A DNA stretch of 64,000 nt, taken from positions 19,468,001 through 19,532,000 of the forward strand of contig OX597814.1 in assembly GCA_951406725.2 (NCBI GenBank). The letters are read 5' to 3'. A program made the translations under genes and the position numbers. Position 1 is the first letter of the stretch; every line of letters starts with the position of its first letter. Shown in pieces: positions 55,281 to 64,000 of the stretch. This DNA comes from Octopus vulgaris. Its lineage: Eukaryota. A model generated the notes under the pieces. That model did not search any database. It saw only the letters and a program-made list of their open reading frames with translations, and was not told the origin of the DNA.

Positions 55281-56028
55281 CGCTATCCATCTCCGAAGCA
55301 TTTGAACGTAACTCATTAATGTAAGGCATGTGGACCGGTGCGCTCTCTTTTCTTACAAGAACAGCAATTATAAGTCTGGAAGAAAATAATTTATATTAAC
55401 TGGCTTCAATTATTAACAATATCGGCTGATTGGTATTTTTGATATAATTATTGTTTTGTTGGTTGTAATTAATTTGGCGACGGCAAGAACAATGAAAAAT
55501 CATGATGACAGTAGTATTCCTGTTGTTGTCGGTGATTGTTGTGGCTGTGGTGGTGGTGCTGCTGGCGAATATGACAGTGATAATTTGTACTGCTACTACT
55601 CGAGAAGTTTATAAATTCATATAATGTTGGCAATATACTATTCCCGCTGGTAAGACTAAAGTTTCTAACATGGATGAAGAAATTCGAAGGGTTACGCTGG
55701 TCGATCGGTAGAACGCTTGTTATGTTTGCAGAAGATATAGGTTCGCGTCTCACTGGTATCTTTCGACTTATTCTATCTATAGCATTTTATAACCCAATAT
55801 TCGCTATTTTTTTTTGTAGTCCTGTCTGCTTCACCATTCTAAAAATGAATTATTTTACGTTCTCTCGCAGTTTATAACTCGTTATAACGATGACTGTACA
55901 CACACATGCACACACACATACATACATACATATACATATATACATACATGCATGCATGCATGCATGCATGCATGCATGCATGCATGCATGCATACATACA
56001 TACATACATACATACATACATACATACA

Positions 56029-56062
<34 letters not shown>

Positions 56063-56291
56063 CATACATATTTGTGTGTGAGCGCGCTTGATATTTATAA
56101 ATTGTGTTGTTTTCTTTACAGAATTCATGCCTCTGAACGGGTTCTTTGTTTGAGTCTAACCATTTTCAGAGTTTTCTGAATACGTGAGTAGGAATTGATA
56201 TGTGAATACATGTACATGTGTGTATATGTGAATATTTTTGCCCCTGTATAATGGGCGAGCACCTCTATTTCACGAGATCGTATATTTAGTT

Positions 56292-56745
56292 TTAAATATA
56301 CATGTATAGCGGCTGAAAGATGATGGAACTCCACAGATAATATCATGGAAGATCCTAAAAAATCCAGGCCCCTTTATAAACAAGACCAAGAGTTGTAAAC
56401 TTTGCATAGACGAACGGATGAGGATATTAAAGGACAGCCTCGACTCGGTAAACATCCTTTACTCCAGGACGGGGGTTTTCGGACCCTGCTCGCACTTCAG
56501 GAAATGTCTGCTGACGTCCTAAAGTTCACACAGCAACAAAGTCAATTATAAATAGCGGTTAAAGTGAGACAATACTTTGTTGTTGATAGATAGCGAAATC
56601 TTTTCTTCTCCACTTTCTAGAGAGGGCACTTGCTAGAGAAGCCATAGGTCAACGGGTTTAGAGCCTGAAGAAACGCTGTAAAACTAAGCGCTTTATGAAC
56701 TTGAAACCCAGGGTAACTCCCATAGATCGGCCATAACCATTTTTA
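56292..56745 (+). mobile_element. PLE 3' end: GIY-YIG C-terminus plus hammerhead (56661-56719)
   Basis: 56292-56522 reads LNIHV*RLKDDGTPQIISWKILKNPGPFINKTKSCKLCIDERMRIL...NILYSRTGVFGPCSHFRKCLL*. Downstream is GAGC-CTGAAGA-...-GAAA-CCC(A)GGG-TA-ACTC. Confidence 0.8.
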
Positions 56746-57174
56746 TCTATATATCTGTCTATCTCTCTGTATGTTTGTCCATCTGTTTATCTATCTAGCT
56801 AACTAGCTTGCCAGTTAGCTAGCTAGCCATCTATAGATACTTTGAAGTGGTATACATATTCTACGTATCAAGAAAACGGAAGTACTCAGGATATGGATAA
56901 AAATTGTTGTCATGAATGTCTTCTTATGTGTGAAGGATGGCGAGAGTAAAAGTTCAAATATTGGTGTCTGTCAGAATCTTTAGCTCGCTGCCCAGAATGC
57001 TTAGCAGCATTTCGTCTGTCTTTAAGTTCTGAGTTCAAATTGCGCCGGGGACGACTTTACCTTTTATCCTTCGAAGTCGATAAAATGTTACCCGTTAAGC
57101 GCTGGTGTCGATGTAATCAACTTACCCATCTCCCAAATTGCTGGCCTTACTCCAAAATGTGAAACCAATATTTG

Positions 57175-57330
57175 TAGATCATCACTTGATTCTTCCCAAA
57201 AGATAAAGCGGTCATTGAGGAAGCATTTCCACTTTTCGATGGCATATTTCTCGAAATTTTCGTCTAAAGTTTTCTCTCCTGTCTTGTATAGATTTTCTTC
57301 TGAAAATCCCATCACCAGGTTCGCATATAT
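57175..57330 (-). pseudogene. PLE reverse-transcriptase fragment
   Basis: YANLVMGFSEENLY...EKWKCFLNDRFIFW resembles PLE RT YANL.MGY.E..LY...W.RYLDD.FIFW. Confidence 0.8.
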
Positions 57331-57449
57331 CCGTCATTATGTTCTGCATTATTTTACTCTGCAGCTACTTGGGAAAGTTCTTTTTGTTTTTGATTTATAT
57401 GGAGGTAGCTTTCAAAGTGGAGTGTCATAAAGTTGTCTGTACTCTATGT

Positions 57450-57617
57450 CAGTGCCCAGCAACACTTTTTCATTTATATTCTTTTCAAAATTCGGCGGCA
57501 CATCTGAACTAAAAATATAACTAAAAGTATAGGTGAAAAAATTATATCTAGGTTACACTGCGGCACACCTAGCATCATCTCGTGAGACACAAGTGTGCAT
57601 ACCGGTAACGGGCACTG
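57450..57617. mobile_element. Small hAT-like MITE
   Basis: CAGTGCCC...GGGCACTG ends, CGGCACAC-type subterminal motifs, degenerate 8-bp TSD CTCTATGT/CTTTATGC. Confidence 0.45.
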
Positions 57618-57999
57618 CTTTATGCCAAGGTTTTGGTATCATTTACTCTCTCTATGGATTGCGTGTGTTTCAAGTACTCATGCACTAACTTCTTAGTATA
57701 CAGTATCAATCTCTCTATGTAGGTATCGATCAGTTTGACCATATATTTATCGACGTATATGTAGCATTCGCATGCATCGTTCTGTTAATATGTTCATTCC
57801 AGAAATCACCATTGAAGAATCGTTGAAATGTGAATATCTTTACTGAAAATATTAATATATGTATGAATGTATGTATGTATGTATGTATGTATGTATGTAT
57901 GTATGTATGTATGTATGTATGTATGTATGTATGTATGTATGCATGCATGCATGCATGTATGTATGTATGTATGTGTGTGTGTGTATGTATGTATGTATG

Positions 58000-58030
<31 letters not shown>

Positions 58031-58682
58031 GTATGTATGTATGCATGTATGTCCGCTTGCATGTATGTATGTATGTAAGTATCGAAAACTAATACACCTG
58101 TTTGTTGTTTACACACCTGTCTTCGTCTTTTGTTTTTTGGGGTTTTTTTGTAAATTCCAAATATGTATGGATGTATGTATGTATGTATGTGCATGTGTGC
58201 ATATGTGTAGATGGATGAATGGATGGATGGATGGATGGATGGATGGATGGATGGATGGATGGATGGATAGGCGGGTGGGTGGATGGATGGATGGATGGAT
58301 GGATGGATGGATGGATGGACGGACGGACGGACGGACGGACGGACGAGTGGGCATACTTATATGCAACGGTCAACAAGTTGAATAGATGCTTTTACATATT
58401 TCATTTGTTTGGCCGCAGCGATCCGCTTAAACATTTCGAATTTGTTGATTGCTAACGATCCATTAAGTACTATAGATATCAACATTATCATCATCATCAT
58501 CACCATCATCACTGCTACTACCTTCATCATCATCATCATCATCATCTTCCTTGTCGTCGTCAACATCAGCACTAACATCCTCATCACTAACGTTACCACC
58601 ACTACCAAACATCACTAACACGACCACAACCACAATAATCACCATGACCATCATCATCGTCATCATCATCGTCATCTTTATC

Positions 58683-58717
<35 letters not shown>

Positions 58718-59110
58718 TAATCACCAACATTATCAACGCCGTCACCATCGCAGCCGCAGTCATAGATATACACATTGTAAACATCATGAGTGCCAAAATC
58801 ACATTCGTCATCATCGTAATTAACCATCATCAACAGAGTGAAAGAGAAAAAGAGAACTCATTCCTACGAATTCTGAGATCGATATATATATATATATATA
58901 CACACAAAACGATTTTGCAGATACTATACTAATTGGCAGAAATAGACAAAGAACTAGGGTGTAGCAGGTGTATTATGTAACTAAGATGATAAAAGCGAAC
59001 AGCAGAATGAATATGCCTTTTAGCAGAACTGCAATATGGCATTGATTCTTTCTCAATGCAATCAGATCAAAAGAAATATTTTGGTTTAGCCGTTCAGTGT
59101 TAATTATGTG

Positions 59111-59247
<137 letters not shown>

Positions 59248-59542
59248 ACTTTAAGAGTCCCTCCTAGCGTGCGGCATTTATGTGTAATAATGCCCTCTAT
59301 ATAATATAAATAAATATATTTAAGTGAAAAAATTGATGGATTTTTTTCTCATATGAGGTTTTTCACGCTAACTACTTGATAAATTCTTATGAAGATTTTA
59401 TCCTATTTTTAAACTATTTTTAAACTATATATATATTTGCATCTAAATTCAGACATGTGTACACACATATGTACAAGCTTACAAGTATGTGTATAGGATG
59501 ATTAATCAGAGAATGAACAAATATGAAAATACTGTACATATA

Positions 59543-60258
59543 TAGGGTGCGATGAATAAATTGCCACCATTTGATACTTTTAATTTCCTGCATGCGCATA
59601 GTTTGTTTTTGATTTTGTCGACGACATAATATAGTAGGGTCAGTTGGGCACCCCGTCTGTGAGAAATACAGCACCATGACGCAATTCACTCAGTCCGAAA
59701 TTTGTAAACGACATGCTGTACTCCTTGGCATTCTGGCCGGAAGCTCCGACGCAAACATATGGTGAACACACAGAACAACCGTTGGCTTGCCGTGACCTCA
59801 AAGCATGGACCGAGAGTGATAAAAATCAAACATCCAGTCATAGTGTTTGGAGTGATCACTAGTGATAGCAACGTCATGCCTCCCTTCATCTTCCCTCACA
59901 TCTTCACACTCAGCGCGGTGGCCTACATCAAGCGCCTGAAGGAGGTAGTGCTGCCTTGGGTCAAGAGAGTGGCTGCTAAGAGACCCTATGTCTGGCAACA
60001 GTACTCTGCACCATGCAACGCAAGCAAGAGAACCCAGTCATAGCTGTCAGACAATTTCTTCGACCACGTCATCCCTGATATCTGGCCACCTAACTCCCCA
60101 GACTGCAACCCGCTTGATTATTATGTGTGGACGCAGTTGAGTGAGAGACCAGTAAAACTCTTTGCAACAACAAAGTTGAACTGAAGGCAAGGATTATGGT
60201 AAATATATCTGATACAATGAAATGGCAGTGTTATTTTCATTTTTGCGTAATTTAGACG
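59543..60258 (+). mobile_element. Internally deleted DD37D (maT)-type Tc1/mariner element
   Basis: NTQNNRWLA..KHPVIVFGVITSD..MPPFIF..YVWQQYSAPCN...WPPNSPDCNPLDYYVW. Left TIR-like AGGGTGCGATGAATAAATTGCCACC. Confidence 0.85.
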
Positions 60259-60938
60259 CACGAAATGCCGCTAAACATTTTTTTCCTGCGCGCTAACTGT
60301 TCTGCCAGCTCGCCACCTTAACATACGCAAATAATGATTTCAAATTTTGGCACAAGGCCAGAAATTTCGGGGGAGAGAGGAAAGTCGATTACATCGACCC
60401 CAATACTCAACTAGTATTTATTTTATCGACCCCAATACTCAACTAGTATTTATTTTATCGACCCCTAAAGGATGAAAGGCAGAGTCGACCTTGGCAGAAT
60501 TAGAACTCAGAACATGAAGGCGAACGAAATGCCACCAAGTATTCCGCCCAGGTGCTAACGATTCTCCCAGCTCGACGCTTGACATAAACAAATAATGTGC
60601 ATCATTTTCATACGCTACCAATTCGGCTGTCCAGTGACTATTATTATTTTTTGCCCTAACCGTAGCTTTAGTACTTGTGTCGGTTGTCATGTAGAGTTAC
60701 AGGAAATTTCTTCATAAACATTTTTGCCGTAGGGAAATTCGCCGTCAGAAATTTCGTTTTAAATAACTTCATCACGTTTTTTGCTTTAATGTCTGACGTT
60801 GAATAATTAATGATTTAACGATTTTATAAAAGCCTTTTATTATTCCTTTTTATTAAAAAAAAATGTTCATATAATACTCTTTACTATTGTCCATACGGCA
60901 GATTTGTATAAACGGCGAATGGTCCGGACAAGGTCATA

Positions 60939-61014
<76 letters not shown>

Positions 61015-61236
61015 TGTAGTAGTAGTAGTAGTCGTTGTTGTTGTTGTTGTTGTCGTGTAGCTGGTGGCGGTGTAGTAGTGGTGATGGTGGTGGTACCAGA
61101 GAGGGGAAACAATTAGCTAATTGACTTAAAAATAACCAAGAAAATACTCGCAGGCATAAATATCTGTTTCTTTCATAGGCACAAGGCCAGGAATATGATT
61201 GTTGGAGACTATACCGATCCCAGTACTTGGCTTGTA

Positions 61237-61804
61237 TTGGGTTGTCCGGAAAGTTCGTGCCGATTTTTAAAGGAAAGGAAAAGGTCAATAAATACTTGCC
61301 ATTACATTTTTAATCAACCAAATATCAACCATTTTGTTGCACAATGCATCTCCATCTTTCCTTTTTAACTTGAAAATACCCTCTTCCCAGAATTGAGGTG
61401 GTTTCATGCCAAAGAATTCATTAAGGTATCTTTTTACGTCATCCAAGGAATTGGAATTTTTACCATTAAGACTATTCTGCAGAGACCTGAATAAGTGGAA
61501 ATCCGTAGGAGCAATATCTGGTGAATATGGAGGGTGGGGTAACACATCCCAGCCGAGCTGCAGCAATTTTTGTCTGGATCCCAAAGCATCAAGTGCCGAA
61601 AATGAACTTTCTTATCTTCCATTTTAAAGGGTTACAGAATTAACACAGGTTATAGGAACATAAATCTTCTTCCACGAAAAGATAGCTTAAAATGTGTTCT
61701 AAATGGAGGTGTAGTCAAATCCTATTTTCTGAACTCAACCATGTTCTAAAATAAGTCGAAAGGAAAGCTACTATAAATCGGCACGAACTTTCCGGACAAC
61801 CCAA
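61237..61804 (-). mobile_element. Second copy of the internally deleted mariner (568 bp)
   Basis: Same TIRs, TA TSD and deletion junction as 46976-47544. ORF 61285-61584 contains WDVLPHPPYSPDIAPTDFHLFRSLQN. Confidence 0.93.
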
Positions 61805-63009
61805 TAGTTTATTTTAACAAGAATAGAACAAAAAGTTGGCATGAGAGGGATTTGAACTCAGAATCTAAAGAGCTAGAAGAAACAGCGAAAGGAATTTGTC
61901 CGATGCTCCAACGATTCCGTCATACGAATAAATGAATCGACAAAAATAGCTGCAACAAGAATAAGAACAACAAATTAATGTAAAGAATGTGCGTATATAT
62001 ATTTTAGTATAAGTGTGCGTGCGTGCGTGCGTGCGAATGCGCATGTGCTGATTCGTGTTCGTGTGAATGTGTTGCTTTGTACAAATATGTTTGTATACGT
62101 GTCTGTATATGCGTGTAAATAAATGTATGTCTTTTTTTGTATGCTTTATTTCCCCCCTTTTTTGCTCCTTTTTATTTTAAAACATGATCTCGATATATTC
62201 GGCAGCTGCTGATCCTCTTCAAAATTGTTCTGCACATCTTTTTTTTTTTTTTTCACTATATCTCAAGGTTGAATAATGTTGAATAACCAACAACAACAAA
62301 AAAAAAAACGTTGTCGTAAGCATGCACCAATATGGATTTATATCATTCATTCACCATTTCTTCACTACTCGCACTTTCTTTCTCATACACATTGCTTATT
62401 TTTTTTCATTCGTCTTTTCTTTCTAATCTATTCTTTCCTTCTTACATTATTGTACCCACTCACCTTATCGTTCTTTCTCACCTATTCTTTGGTTCTTGAC
62501 TCCATATTTCATTATCTGTTTCTCAATTTACTCTCTCACTCTTTCTCCCCCTCCTCCTCCTCCTCTTCCCTTCTCACTCTCTCTACCTCTAAGTTAGATT
62601 TTTGCTTTCTCTCTCAAATTTCATTAACTCTCTATTTCTCTGTCTGTCTGTCTATCTCTTGCTTCTCCCTCTATATACATATATATTTCATACAACACAC
62701 ACACACACACACACGTATGTACGTTTATGCACATTGACTTCACACATGAAATTACGCATATAATAGGACTTTTGCACCGAAAGGGTCTTCATGCATATGA
62801 AACCTCAGTGCCTATTTCAGTCTGGAATATATTTTCACAAACTGCAAAGTTACATTTTCAAAGTAAAGAAGGGCAACTAGACACAAGTTTCGTACCGAAT
62901 TACACAAATATGCCAGTAGGCACAGGCTTGGTTGCGTGGTTAAGAAACTCGCGTTGAAATTAGATGGTTTCAGAGTGAATTTAGCAAACGAGAACTGTGT
63001 AAGAGCCCG

Positions 63010-63326
<317 letters not shown>

Positions 63327-63346
63327 GTGTATGTGTGTGTGTCTGT

Positions 63347-63620
63347 GTGGAGGCGCAATGGCCCAGTGGTTAGGGCAGCGGACTCGCGGTTTCGATTCCC
63401 AGACCGGGCGTTGTGAGTGTTTATTGAGCGAAAACACCTAAAAAGCTCCACGACGCTCCAGCAGGGGGTGGTGATCCTTGATGTACTCTTCCGCCACTCT
63501 TCCTTCTGTTGGCCTGCTCGCTTAGCCAGCGGGGTGGCGTCATTCGAAGACTAAAACAATGCGAACGCATTGTGACCAGCGATGTGTAACAACATCTTAT
63601 GGTCTGGTCGGTCACGTGAT

Positions 63621-63628
<8 letters not shown>
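63347..63628 (+). mobile_element. SINE family C, tail type 3
   Basis: Same as the 40225 copy, opposite strand. Confidence 0.88.
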
Positions 63629-63653
<25 letters not shown>

Positions 63654-63659
63654 CTACCC

Positions 63660-63856
63660 TTATATTTGTTTCAGTCATTTGACTGCAGCTATGCTGGAGC
63701 ACCGCCTTTAGTCGAGCAAATTGCATCCAGGACTTATTCTTTCTAAGCCTACTTCTTATTCTATCGGTCTCTTTTGTCAAAGGCTACAGTTATGGGGGCG
63801 TTAACACACCAACATCGCTTGTCAAACGATGTGGGGAGACAAACACTGGCACACAA

Positions 63857-63906
<50 letters not shown>

Positions 63907-64000
63907 GCGACAGGCCTCTTTCAGTTTCCGCCTACCAAATCCACTCTACTAAATCCGAGGCTATAGTAGAAGACAGTGCCCAATGTGACACGCAGTGGGA
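63660..64000 (-). mobile_element. SINE family B, running off the window end
   Basis: Reverse-complement tail, (TA)n, then head region. Confidence 0.8.

Noticed and set aside
60393-60465. 32-bp direct repeat resembling a CRISPR unit
   Set aside because: No spacers. A slippage duplication between ATCGACCCC repeats inside a family A SINE, in eukaryotic DNA.

Overview
Eukaryotic, very AT-rich, microsatellite-saturated intergenic or intronic DNA. The SINE repertoire and repeat style suggest a cephalopod, probably Octopus (inference). No intact host gene can be supported, and nearly all listed ORFs are microsatellite or SINE artefacts. The window is a mosaic of mobile DNA: about 45 copies of three tRNA-headed SINE families (called A, B, C here); LINE remnants (Dong/R4, RTE, Tx1/L1); Tc1/mariner elements and MITEs; two head-to-head Helitrons; a Merlin-like MITE; hAT MITEs; and many Penelope-like element (PLE) remnants sitting in (TA)n tracts. 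The main hidden signal is 11 minimal type-I hammerhead-ribozyme-like motifs, from about 9 unrelated PLE-like contexts, most with non-canonical catalytic cores. Two of them lie in the arms of a near-perfect 1.7-kb inverted repeat (33307-35038) built around a GIY-YIG endonuclease C-terminus. All calls were read by eye. Boundaries are approximate unless a target-site duplication (TSD) or terminal inverted repeat (TIR) is quoted.
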